64,000 nt of DNA from Catajapyx aquilonaris (Eukaryota), in NCBI GenBank assembly GCA_000934665.2, contig KZ537984.1, positions 1-64,000 of the forward strand. Direction: 5' to 3'. The position numbers were made by a program, and so were the translations under genes. This document shows positions 12,931 through 26,600 of the stretch, piece after piece; positions within the stretch are counted from its first letter, which is position 1; each line of letters opens with the position of its first letter. The notes below the pieces were generated by a model. That model was given only the letters and a program-made list of their open reading frames with translations, had not been told where the DNA came from and searched no databases.

Positions 12931-15900
12931 CACCATGATACACTCGACAAACCTGCAGCCAATTGTACATAGCAAACATTGTACTAGTGTATGACTAAGA
13001 TCAAAGCATCATCGTCCCTGGGGATACATTGCACCGTCCTCCCCACTTTTCGAATTTATGATCCGAGCTTCTCAGCGGCAATATCCTCTCCTACCCCTGC
13101 AAACTTTACTGCCGTAATATGAGTTCTCTCCCCCCTTTCCCCCATTCGTGCCAGCACCATCCTCTTATCTCATGCTTGTATTTGGAGGTAAAAAGTTTTA
13201 AGAGGGTCCAGAAGGAGGCTGCGTCCCTCCGACCACAAAAAGACATACGGGAGGAAAGGACATGAATACTTCATGCCACGGCCATCTTTTGGACCGATTC
13301 GTGATTCCCATCACCTCTCGACGTCTCTTCTCCCCCCTCCAGGCCAGAAAAGCACAGCACACACTCCAATGCGCGAATGATATCACCCATAGCGCGGAGC
13401 TCTGCAACTTTCAAATGGGCAAGTTTTTATCGCCCCGGCGTTTTAATTTACGAGTGCTACGTGTCACACAAGACTCCAGGAAGCATTACGGGCAGGCATT
13501 ACTCCCTCCCATAACTCCGCCGACGTCTGATTACGGAAACGATTTACAATTACCCACACGCTCCGACACTTGCGTGCCCTCCGCGTATTTGTAAGAGTTT
13601 TTGGTAACGAAATTACCCTCGTAAATAGAAATTAAGTTGGTAATTATCAGCGCTTCCGGATGTTATCAATTAAAAATCGTCGGCCTTACTCCGGCCAAAA
13701 TAAATATTTCCTTCCCTTGCAGGGGAGCCGATATTCCGTGTATACTCTGTGCCACTTATGGAGCATTTATTTCAGGCTTTTAATAAAAATCCACCTTGCC
13801 GCAGCGACCATGGGTTACTTTTAGCACCTATTCATGCAACACAATACAACATAGTGTTTCAGCGATTGATAAATGCAAGATCGAAAGGTTTTCTTACCTA
13901 AAAAGCATTGACATTCCTGACAGTCGCTAAATCAGATTATGAAAAGAAATTCCTGAGTATATAAGACAGTACATTCGTCTCTTCCTTTTCTGGCTCGCAA
14001 TGAACCGATGAAGAACTCGAAGCATCACTTCCATTAGAACGAACATTGGTTCTAGAGCATTTTAACCAACAGCTAGTAAGAGAAGAGCATCCAACTTTTT
14101 TTTTCACAGTCCATCACAAAAAAAAGACCTGTGATATCAAAGGTGGCGAACGAAATTACCTTAGCTACGATTTAAAAGTCTTCTTCTTGCTCTTCTTCAA
14201 CTTCCTTTTGCCCTGCTGGGAATCCAATCATCCAAGCCACTTGGCTGCTTCGTCCCCTCCACCCATCCCCCCCCATTCCCAAAAAGCTTCACTTGTTCAC
14301 AAAATCAATTCAATTTCCTGCCATAGAGCAACAACCTGGGAGATGGTTCGCCAAGGGGCGTTGCTGACTCATGAATGCTCAAGCTTTTCTCTTCTTTTTT
14401 TATACCTCTCTATACCCCCTTCTCTCTATATATTTTTTTGCTTCTTCCTCTAATGAATTGGTCCCTCAAGAGCTGTCCTGGACCCACCTCCAAACTCGCA
14501 ACCTTCGCTGACGCGTCTTCTGTCAGTCCTCCCAATCCTATTACCAAAGAAATTTGCCATTCAGAGCGTTCCGGTCCTAAAATGAGTCAATTCAAGTCGC
14601 GAAGAGCCCGAATTAAGAAACGGGGGAACCTATACTCGGGCATCAGATGCAAGCTTGAAAGATCAATGGCTCTGAGGAGGTATATTATACGTAAGGGCGC
14701 AGAATCCAATCCGGGATCCAGATGGGGAAATGGTTCACGCACGGAGCTTCCAGAAGAGAGAATAAAAAAGAGAGGAAAAAAGAAACGGTCAGGATGTACT
14801 GCTGTGAAAATTAAATTGTGAAGACAAAAGCTTCAGGATATTGCCGAGAAAAAGGCGGTTTCCTAGTCTGTTACGTTCCCTTCGGAGCCATACTGAGTCA
14901 TTTCTAGTCAGATGCAGGCTATGGAGGAGTTTCATCCTACGTACTGTACGTGCATGTCTTGATCACCGGAAAGTCTCATCAAGGGCAGAATCATCCGGAA
15001 TATACGCGCCGGAAACAGTAATGATAGTTTAGGGGCCACCAACATCGTCACTGACAGTACATAGCAAAAAGGCTCGTTATAAAGCAATTAAAATGACATA
15101 CCATTCCCGATGTCCGAGATCCACAGCTGCAGTGTGTTGCCTGTAATTATTCAGAAACAAATTAACTGCAATGGCTTCATAAAATCGTTCAGATTAATTC
15201 ATAATTAAAATAATTCGTCCATTAAATATCGACATGGAATCATTTAAACGGGAGTAATCAAACAGCGGAAAACTCTCAGAAAACTCTTTTCAAAAATTAA
15301 CCCAGATATATAACAAACACTTTTGATTGAGAACCGACATTTTGAGCCAAATCGTTCGGAACATGATCACACGGTGGGATAGAGGAGTGAGATTCGTGCA
15401 TTGCTGCATCAGAGGAGGGTATGAAAGTAATACAAAACGCCTCATTTGCGCTAAAGAGGAGTCAGTGTCGACAGGCATGTCATTATGACTGTATCCCATT
15501 ACTTTCCGCACTACTTGTTTGCATTCCTCTGCAACTCATTATGGCTAATCCGTTTCCGTGCATGGAAGTGTGTACTGACAGGAGTAATGCAAACCGTGCT
15601 CCTAGAGAATATAGCCGAGCCATCAGTAATAGGGGAACTAGGTTTACCACCCATTACATTATATGCCGATATATTCCGGATATAGAGCTGCTTCAAATTT
15701 CGCTCACCTTTATGCAGAAGCAACCATAATACCTTAAGTTGCATTTTTATGTGCCCCAGTTTTACAAATAGACGCAAATGCTCTCCCAAGTACATGATAT
15801 GAAGGACATAATGCCTGGCGGTTTAAAGATGAATAATAAAAAGACAATTCAACCACTACCTTACGTGTCGTCCGCAATAGTAAAATGCAACACTAAGGAA

Positions 15901-16615
15901 AGTAAAGCCGCGGCGACAATATCATCAGGCCTAAAAATAGTCAGTTAATTAATGAAAGGCTATATTCTCGTAGCAAGCAGTGTTTTGTGGTATTTCTGTA
16001 TACACCAGCACTTATCAAGTGAAAGATCAGAACAGTAAATAGGCTCGAGGCCATACATTTTACAACCCACAGATGTTGAAACCATTTGCCTCTCCGGTAA
16101 TCAAAAACTTTATGGGTTTATCGTACTTTTCATCTGATGCTCTTCCCCTGCTGCACAGACACACACAAATAAAATTACACCACTCTGATGTATCAGCTCT
16201 TAACAGCACTGCACCTGCAAGCCATGACTTCATGTAAACGAAAACCATGTCCCCGTGACAAACAATCGCGTGCAAGATGCAAGCTTGGTGTCTTTATCCA
16301 AAGCGACACTACCTAATAATGTGTATGCATGGTCGCCGCGATGTCACCAGATAACCCGTGACATGACACCAGTACATTTCACTATTTCCAAGCCTGGTCC
16401 CTTCAGAAGCCTCTCTATAGGTCAGAATATTGTCCAAAATCACGACAAGAGGCACACAAGGAATGTTAAATTATTTTTATTTTTATTTTTACGCAATGAA
16501 AGATTGTGACTTACTCTTTGAGAGGTCAATTTCTCACTAAAATACTGTATACAATATTATTAAATGAAATAAAAATGATTATGCAACGCTGGTTACACAG
16601 GTTCAAATGAATTTA

Positions 16616-17007
16616 AGTTGTTTCGAAAACCACTGAAGTCCAGTGAACCAACTTTTCAGAGAAACACATCATTACAATCTTTGCTATTGCTATTATTATT
16701 TTAGTGAATATTCCTCATTAATAGAGGAATATAATATTGTATATTATATCTAGAAATTACCCATGCAAGTTGTGAAATTTGAATTAAAACTTTCTGGACT
16801 TATGTGGTTTTCGAAACAACTGGGATTTCAAAGCGCATAGAAAACGTGTGAAATTATTTTTTATATATTGTTACAAGTTACAAATTTCATGCTTTTTTGT
16901 TTCATAATCACTTTAAACCACAAAATCACGATCCCAAGGCAGGCAACATGGCAGTATTAACTCAAAGATTCCAAAAAGTAGACTTATGTTGTTTTCGAAA
17001 CAACTTA
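16616..17007. mobile_element. AT-rich DNA-transposon relic carrying a ~28-bp motif three times (one inverted, two direct)
   Basis: agttgtttcgaaaaccactgaagtccag (16616-16643) vs ctggacttatgtggttttcgaaacaact (16794-16821; 26/28 as reverse complement), plus gacttatgttgttttcgaaacaactta (16981-17007). Confidence 0.55.
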
Positions 17008-17605
17008 TTCAAATGGAGTAACACAATGGGAGATCATTAGTTCCAGTTATCACCTCAAAAAATCAGACACAGTCTCCCATTACTTGAAAATTGAAATTAA
17101 AATTATTCAACATTCCTTCCGCCTCTTGTCGTGATTTGAATGTGCAAAAACTGCAAGATTGCAAATTTTTTAAGGCAGATTTTCGTAAACCTGAACCTAA
17201 ACAGAACATTACTGAGTTTCACTGCTTCATCTGGCATTATTACAGACAATTGTTACTAAAACATTTGGCGGGACACGGGAAAAAGCGATCCTGGACGAAA
17301 TCCTTTGTTTCATAGCCAGCTGCAAAAAAATTGCTGAAATAAACGATGTAAATGGTTTGTCCAGAGACCCACAGTGTAATTAGATTTTGCAAAAAAAATG
17401 ATGTGATATTTTTTCTGCTTATTCTACGTTCAACAACGCTTTTTATGCATATTTTGTAAATATACACAAGCAATGCTGTGCTGTATAAAATGAGGCATAT
17501 ACAGTTTTCCACCTCACTTAACATTTTGTGCTGGAATATCGTATCCAGTGTGCTTTCATGCATACTCACTAATTAGACGTGAGCAAGCCTGCTAATTTTA
17601 TTTTT

Positions 17606-17630
17606 TGTGCGTGTGCGTGTGTGTGTGTGC
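17606..17630. repeat. imperfect (GT)n microsatellite
   Basis: tgtgcgtgtgcgtgtgtgtgtgtgc read directly. Confidence 0.9.
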
Positions 17631-20600
17631 TTCAGGACTATAGGTACAGCTGCATTATCCGTCAACAATTGATGTTCTGGCAGGGGTCCCTTTGACGGGC
17701 AATATTTCGTAATATTAATTTGTCGGGTGTTGCTGTAGCGTTCGTGGGACATGCAGCATTTTGTGGTCTGGAACGGTCCAGCGTCGGACTGTGCGACGGA
17801 TTCGTCGGATTCCAGGCCAAGGCTGCTTAAAGCAATTTATTACATTATAGCAGCCACGGAACGCCAGGAGTGATTCCAACTCAGCCGCGATTTGAAATGA
17901 ATTCAGTTCGTCCAAATTATCCCACCCGACCCCGGACAGTTCACGCGCAATTGAGTAGTTGATTTTCCACTCGCACCTACACATACCACGTTAAAACATG
18001 GGTGCCCGCACTACACGTGTAGCACACACCGCGAATCCAATTTCCTGCGGACTCTACCCCATTCCGAGCTTCAATGAACTGATTTGAACGCGACGGATTC
18101 CACAACTCCAAAATAAACTCCCTGCCAGCCAAACCTGCATTAGATGAATGTATTTTTTATGGATTGGCAAGCGGCTAATGACTTTTGCATTTGAACGCCC
18201 CCCGCCCCACCCTGCTAAATACTAACGGGGTGGTCTTAACTACTCGTTAACGCGGAACAATCAAGTGCCAGATGGATAATGTGGACGTCCGTTAAAATCA
18301 CCTAATGGGAATCCGAATTGAATATCATTAATTCAGGCCTAACCCCCCCCCCCCCCCTGAAACCGCAAATGGATATCTTTTCAGCCGAATGTTTCCACCG
18401 GACCTTATTATTGCGACAAATCTGCCTCGCAACCTGGCATTATAATTATATGGTGGAATGTGTTTATGCCCAATTTGAGCGCCTTTTAAAAATCCTAACT
18501 GGACGTACAATAGAGTACGGATTAATCACAATGCAATAACCGTCAAAACGTCAACCGCTCGGCCATCAAAAGGTGTGAAAAAACGTTTCATTATCTAACT
18601 TTAACCGTCAGATACGTATCGTGCGGTAGTCCCCAGCATTTTGGCCGTCTGATAAAGCGGTTGGCAGCAGCTGGTTGGCGCCCGAGCCTTTCAACCACCA
18701 CAGTAATTGAAGCAATCGATTTGTGGTCGAGATAGTATACATTCAATTGTTGTAATGTCAGTTTGTCGCCATGCAGCTAATAATATTGAAGCACGCACTA
18801 TTCACGGTGTGTCGCCTTCCCTTACACGCCTCACGCAGTGTGTGAAGAGCTGAAGAGGGGAAAAGTTTTGCATTGTTGTTTCTAACAATCAGCTGAAAGA
18901 ATCAGAGTGCAACAACCAACAAAAACTATGCATTCAAATAGAGCAGAAAATCGCTGAAAACGATTTAGCAAAACTTTCACACTTTCTCTTGAACTGAGGC
19001 ACTTAAGAAGTTCACCAGCCTGTACACTTGCTGTATATAATCTTACACGCACACATTTTGCCAATGACTCAACCGCCCCGCGAAAAAATTACAACGTTCG
19101 ATTCGACACAAAATTAGCGCAGGCCACGAGGCGGCAATTTGCATGAAAATCCTCGCGAATAGAGATCCACCTCACCGTCCTTTTCATAGCCAAATGAGGA
19201 CGCCGGTTAGCCCCGGGCAAGTAATTGCGATTCCTTGTACCCTTTGGTCGCCAAAATTTGATCAAGGATGGAGGGATAATAACTGCCCCTGGCATCACCG
19301 ACTAAAAAAGGAAAGTACAATTCAGCTGTCCCGAGTGGGTATGAACTGCCCTCGAGATAAGCACACAGGGTGTCTAGTACGAAGTGGGGGGGTATAGATG
19401 AATAAATAAATTAGAACTGGAACCATGGACAGGGCCAGTTCGCCACCCTGTATAGAAGACAAGGGGACTTGAGGCAATAGGGTGGCTTCAGGGATCTAAA
19501 ACGTAACAAATGTAGCGTGCGTAACATGGTGAATTTATACCGGTCGGCTCAGCATTATACGCACGGCACGAGACTAGGGCTGCCCTGGACCATTATCGCT
19601 CATGATTACCATAAAAAATATTTAACCAGAGGGAGGCCGGTCCCGTCAGGGTCAGAGTTCTCAAGGGGACCGTTTCAGAAGAAGGACTATATACAGGGTG
19701 GGGAGACTGTGCTTGCCAAGCGGGGTCCCCATTCAGCTAATCGCCCTGCTTCGCCACTGCTGCAACCTCAACCTAATCCTGATTAGCATTTCCAAGACCG
19801 AAATCTCCATTATGGCAGATCAGGGCTTATCAGGAGAGGCCCGGGGGGCCCTGCTGCTTGCCGCTGCCTATTCAACGCTCTTGCGGCTTCCACATAGCCT
19901 TTTGCATGGTCTCTCTCCCTCCACCACACAGCCCCTCTAAGATAAACCAAGTCGGATCAGCCTATGTCTAGCTTATTCCGGTGCGACACCTTGGAACTAA
20001 ATCTCCGGGAAAGAAAATTTAGCTCGTGTAACACTTCCCCTATTCGTGTCACTTCGGTTGTGTAGCTGTCTACCCTTTTCTTAAACAATCTGCTCCTATA
20101 TATAGCGCACTTTGTCTGCTCGAGGTATTTTATAGCCCGAGTGCTACTACAAAAAAAGAGAGTGAAGCTCTCATTTTCATCTTCTAATACAGCGCCTTTA
20201 ATATCCTGCTCTAAACATTCTTTTCCTAGCGTGTGCAGCTCATTTTTCAGCCCTTTTCAACATGTTAACATCTGCTCCACTATATCTAGCCCTCTCCAAC
20301 CCACTGCTGAATAGTGCACTTGGCAGTTATAGCTACTAAACCAGGTATTTCATGGGCGTCTTTTATCCCTTGTATGAGGTGGAACCCCAAAGCATAGTTT
20401 AACGAGGCAGTGATGACCACGTATATTCAGGTCCTGATTATCAGGGCTTCATAACTGAGCGTATATAGATCTGTGTCCGCTCACCCCTGCAGCAGCAGCA
20501 GGCTCCAGCTTTTTGCATATGCGCAGATTTTGGCAAGCCAATATGGACATTGCCGGTCAAGAAAATTCGTCATGCTTGAAATATCCCCCAGTGGACAGAA

Positions 20601-23600
20601 AATGTGGATTGACATTCCTGGCTTTAATCTGAGGGACCGTTTCGGAGGAAAAAGGACAGCGGGAGAGGAGGGGAAAAAGACATTATAGGGGGGAAAGTCT
20701 TACTTTCCATAATGCCCCATGAGAAGAATGAAAGGCAGCAAGTCAATCTCGTCAATGGGACGGGAATATCCGATGTATGAGGCAGCAGCACTTTGGAGGC
20801 ACACACAATCGGCCCATTGTCATAAGGAGAGGCAGAGTAGTGGCGGAATTGGAGGAGGGGGGACCGGTCATGCTAGATTTTAGGCGATGACCCGGGTCCC
20901 TTTTAACATTATTATTGATATGGTGTCAATCTTCCGTGCGATTTCACGTGTTATATTGAGGGATGTGGAGGGAATAGGGAGAAGGTTTCATGGGGGGAGT
21001 TATAGACACTGTAATGGAATATTTGATCCGGCATGCGTTATGGGGATTTGCCACTCTATGCGCCTCCACTAAATCATGGACAGATTACATTCGAGCACGT
21101 TTGTTTGCACATGGACATTGAAAAAAAAAGTGAAAGCAGGATATGTCACGCATTACCAGTAAATCCGACCTGTGCCTGACGCGAAATAAAAATTGCCCTA
21201 AATTTGGTGGGCGCTCCTGCATTTTTTTGGCCCTGTAATTGCATCGATATGGTGCAGCACTTTGGTTTTCAAACGTTGTAGACCACAGGACCATGCCCCC
21301 AAGGGTGGTCCAGGAAGATGTTTATGTAATGGCTGATATGCAATTAGGGGCAATCTTTAGTATCTGTGGTGCTGTGGTCGGTAAAAGGGATTACTGAAGT
21401 GGTTTTGCTAAAGCTGCTGTACTAACAAAACCTATCATAATATAACAGCAGGGTCGTACAACAAATGCTCAATTTTTTGCTAAAAATATGAGTATCATAA
21501 AAATGGTGCAGATGAATTTTTTGAAGTCAAAAATGGTTTCTTCACAACAGAAATTAATCTGCATATAGCCCATAGCTGTGGGTGCAAGTGCCTGGTGTCC
21601 GCTTTCCAAGGGAGCATATTCCTCGAGGCGCCGGATTTACTTGCGAGGAAGCGTCCAATAATTAGTTTCCATGCCGGTCGGGCCTCAAACCGCCTTCCAG
21701 ACCACAATAAGCAGCTGCCTGAAACGGCAATGGATACTGTAGAGCAGCGGGCGAAACTTGGGAGAGTCCTGCACCTAACTACCACCAGTATATATACGTA
21801 TACGTATATTCCCCCCAAGATGAAACGTGCCACAGGGGCCCTTCTCGCAATCATTAGGGCGTGCAACTAATCCGCGATTGTGCATGGAATCCACCCATCC
21901 CGCTAACTGCAGACACAAGTAATGAATCTCAGTCGGGCCCCTGCTCTGGTCATTTAGCAAAGGAGGCTCAGGTAATTGGATTCATCTCAGAAATCCGCTT
22001 TACGCCATGTAATTTGATTACAGGAATCTACCCATGTTATGACTATGCATGTGCCAGGTCATATCCGCGCTAATTGTTTGAATCAAGTAGTGTGAGGTAA
22101 GTTCTAACGAGTTTACGCCACCGCACATCGTCTCCAAAGGTGTAATTCTTACAATGTGGCGTAAATTGCAAAATTTTATCATTATTGAACAATACGTTTT
22201 AAGAAAAATTTAACAGCCTCCCAAGCTTTTTAATGTCCTCGCAACATGCCAGCATAATTCGTTTAAAATAGAAAAACTTGAGGTCACAACCTCTCTTGAT
22301 ATTGCATCCCAGAATGTCCCCTGCTCTAAAGACCCGGAAAACTAATCAAAAATCCGGGCCGTTGGCGACGGTGTGATACTGATGTTTTTCCAGCCTAACG
22401 CACCCCACCCGCTTGACTATCATCAAATATTCGACACTTGGTAGCTTCATTAGAGCGTCCCGAGCGCGACGGGCCAATATCACAGATCGCGGTTAATCAG
22501 TCAAAAAAAATGTGACTAATACCGTCGCGCAACAGGCTTTTGGCGCCGGGTGGGCGCATTATGGCTTGTAATATCCCACAAGCCCAAAGTGGAGGACATA
22601 TTGGATGAGCAGAAGAGGAGGGGGAGAAAAAAAAGAGAATGCATCCATGAGGCTGCCATGCAGGGGAGAAAAGAGAGGGCAATTCCTTCCCCGCGGCTTC
22701 TTGATGCCACGTCATCCCATGCCATGAACCGCATTGAAAGTCAAACAGCATGGAACAAGAGAGATGGCGGATGAGTTGGGGTGGGGGCCGATTCTGAAAC
22801 TGAGGGTGAGGGTGGTGGTGGGTGCCAGGCATCGACGTTGATCGTCGACAGCTGGCGAGAACAGGGGCCCGGCAGGTAGCAGCTGCGGGATTCAACGCAA
22901 GCCAACCCTGCCTGTTTCTCACTTAATTGAACTTCTTGTCCGGCCAGAGAGTGGAAAAAAGAGTGGGGGGTGTCCAATTAGGAGCCACCAATTGCGCGTG
23001 CGGATGCGTCAATAGCAATGCCCAACAGTCCAAGACAAAAGTTAGATGGATAGTCTATAACACTTCCATATGAGACCTCACCAATGACTGATGCCGATAT
23101 GTCGTCAATATGCAGTATAAGAACTTCCGGAACTATCTTTCCATAATACGGATGGTTTTAGGGGGCATTTTCTGCGGCTGACAGATAATGGTGAGTGTTC
23201 AGAACAAAGGGAGGAACAAGACAGAGGGAAACATCAAACATCGGTTTGGTCTGGGATTTATATGCGAGGGGATTTTCCTTCGACTGTTGTCTCTGTCCTC
23301 TTTGAAATGCTGCGCTTCGAATCCTCTTGGGGAAGGATTTTTTAAGGCAAAGCTGCACCTTGTTATTCTACAATTTTACAAGTACAAAAGCGAAGTTCAC
23401 CAGGGTATAGGAGAACTCGATGAATAAATAGCACTGTGTTCAAAGGAATGGAATATGTATTGTTAAAAATCTGCCTATTGAAGACTCCTTCACGCATGTA
23501 TGCAACACTGTAAATTTTAATGCCTGATGAGTCTATTCTCAAATATAAAATAAATTTGTTCGAAAAATATACGTCATCACAATTATTTAGACCTTATACA

Positions 23601-26600
23601 ACTTGCCCCCCCCCCCCTTTTAATTTAACAATATATATTGTGATAGTTGTATAAGAAAATAAAAGCACAGTATACGCCCATCATGTTCCCAAAATTTACC
23701 CTCACCCATATATACCCAGTTTGCGTCACCATTTCCCCCGACCGGACAAATTAATGTGACGGTAACTCGCAGCGATGTAATCTGTGAAATATTAACACCC
23801 CACTGATGAGGACACTGCTGCTGGCTGGGAGTGGAGAGAAAAAAAGAATGGATGTCCTGAGGCTGGGATCCGGATATTAAGAGAAAGCGACAAAGAACTG
23901 CGGCAAAGGGGGGTTGAAGGGGGGGGGGGGNGGGGGAAGGAGAAAAAAAAGGACTGGGGGGAGACCAAAATGGACTTGGTTGATCTCTCTGGAGGCGAAT
24001 GTTAAATTGGCTCTATTGTTCGTGGAACCCGATAGAATTTTAAATTTGTATTCAGTCCTTCACCTCCTCTGTTTTCTCTCCGAAAAGGCCCCATTCATGA
24101 GGAAACGAATGGAATAGGTCGCGTGTCCATCTGATAAAGGTTAGTTCATTCTTTATGGCCGATTTGGCGGTCAGTCCCAACACTACAAGTCACTGAATCC
24201 TGTAGGTACTATCTCTCGACAATGAAGCAAAAAATACCCTGTTTTTTTGTATAAAAAAGAGAGAGAATTTGCACAACTGCATGATGTGAAAAGCTCCATG
24301 TGATGACGCGTTTAAAACCGCCCGCAGAGAAGAATCAATACGACGTGGAATCCGTAATGTTTCGTGCCGCATTTATGCGACCCATCACGACATATCTTTT
24401 GGCACACATAACAAGCGCTTTGCATCAGCAATGCCGTTTAATTCAGGTTAGGTACAAAAGTGGGCCAATTTATACAGTATACAGTATACCATGCTGTAAT
24501 TGCTGACTTTTCTTCCAGAAATATTTCAGGGTGGTTTTTTTAATGTTCTTCAACTCTTCTCGAGAAAATAGAGGCTACTAATAATCGTCAATTGTGAGCA
24601 AATTACCTTGCCATAGTGAACAATATACCCGCAGAATAATGACAAAGAAGCCAATCTGTAATTAAAACAAATTAACATCTGTTTGCTCCTGGGTTTCAAG
24701 TTCCTCCATTTGGAAGGTTGCCCCATCCATTCAAATATGGACACTCCAACGGATCCGGTCATGCAAGCAAACTGTGCAATCACAGCCCAGGTTCCCCCAA
24801 ATGAAGTTGAGTAGGTCCGGACCATTTTTTTTCTCTATCTGTATGCTGCTGCTGGAGCATAAGAACCCCCCTGCTTTTTAAGGCAAGTCCATTTGTTCTT
24901 CTGGAAAGCACCATCCGTTCATCCCGCCCTGACGACCGCCCACAGTTCAACCCAAAGCCTTCAAGAATAAAATAAAGCACTTCCATCCCGAGGCTGGTAT
25001 GAGGAACCCGCCAAAATGAAAGATTTGCATCCGGAATAATCACCTACGCATCAGCCCAAGAATGCTGGTTGGAACTCGGCTTATGCACCTATATTCTGCT
25101 GTGTGTTTCTTAAACCATTTCCGTCCAAAACTGGCCGACAAATTGAAAGACAGAGAATCGGAATTCCGGATAGCCGTGATTTAGTGTAAGACCGCGTTTG
25201 TGAGCGGTTAGCTCGCTTCTGCCGTTGCAACTGTGGATTCATGGCTCCGAAATCGTAAAATACAACACTAATAAACGACACCACAGGGGCAGTCGCCTTT
25301 TTATTGACTGAACACCCCCCATGTTTTTTTTGTGTGTTGTGTGTTTGTGTGGAGAGGATGGGAGGAGATGGAAGGGTTCTCAACAAAAGGGGAGCTTCCC
25401 CCCTCCGGAATTGGGAACATTCTCGTGAGTGTACGCTTTCGGTGATTTCAGGGCTCATTTCGCCACCTCCGGTACGAACAAATTGTTTTGCAATGAGGAA
25501 TTTCACACCTGGCCGACCATAAGAACGAAATGCGTTATGGATACAGTCACGCTTGCCCTTACTCTCTCGCATTGTGCGGCGAATTTAATACATTAACTGC
25601 CGACAATGCCGAAAAATTTTCGCAAAAAGGCATATCATTTGGTTGTCTCGACACCGGCCCATTTTTTGAACCAAACTTTTCGTATACAAACAAGTAATGC
25701 AAACGCCACGTGTCGTATAGTCTAATGAATTAATATCTGCAAATTTGCACATAAGCAATCTTTGATCTACAGTACAATACTGTACAGTCTAATTATCGAA
25801 ATCCTCTGCAGGCGTCAATAACGTCCTTTCAAAAAAAATCCAATATCAAACAGCACTGCATTATTTTCCATCAAAGAACACTGTTCCTCATTCATCTTTA
25901 CATGATCAAAGTCAGAGAGGGTTGCGTCAAAATTTGCTTCCCATCAGGAAAGAAGGGGGAGAATGAAGAGCAGGGGTTGAAACTAAAAGAGGTACAATAA
26001 TTGTCAAGTGGGTTTGAAGCTGAGGGGAAGGTAATAAACATAGTCAGCAGCAGCCGCCTACTAACTATATGCGCGCGACCCTTTTCAAATATTTAATATC
26101 CTTCAGGATGAACCGGACCGGAGTGGAAATGTTCCCATGAATCAACATGCAACGAGATGTATACGTATTATAATCAGAGTAATTTACAATGCATTAGTTA
26201 GGACTTCCTGGGAAGCGGTATGCCTGGTGGGGGTTATATGCTCGAAGGCTCACAAAATTGGCATTATGTAACCATGCGAATAAGCCTAGGGAGGGGGGTG
26301 CTGACCTTAACCTCTACCCTCCCAACACCCTCCACGACACACCATAATAATAAGGCCGGACCCGTCATTCAGATCTTGCAAATGAATGACATTCATCGCC
26401 GCCTGCGATTCTTCTGCCCTATGGGAGTATGAAGAGAGAGGAGGGGGAAGGGGGGGGGGAAGCTCCGTAATCCCAACATTGTTCCTCCTCAGGTCGGCCA
26501 TTCAAGGGGCCATATATGCAGCAGGAACATGACAGATGTCAGATATCTATTGCAGATAGCCGTGCAAGAGTATAATAACAAGTCTGGCTCCGTGGCACAG

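Noticed and set aside
23593..23655. 11-bp inverted repeat around a poly-C/AT spacer
   Set aside because: Short, AT-rich and low-complexity, with no TSD or second copy.
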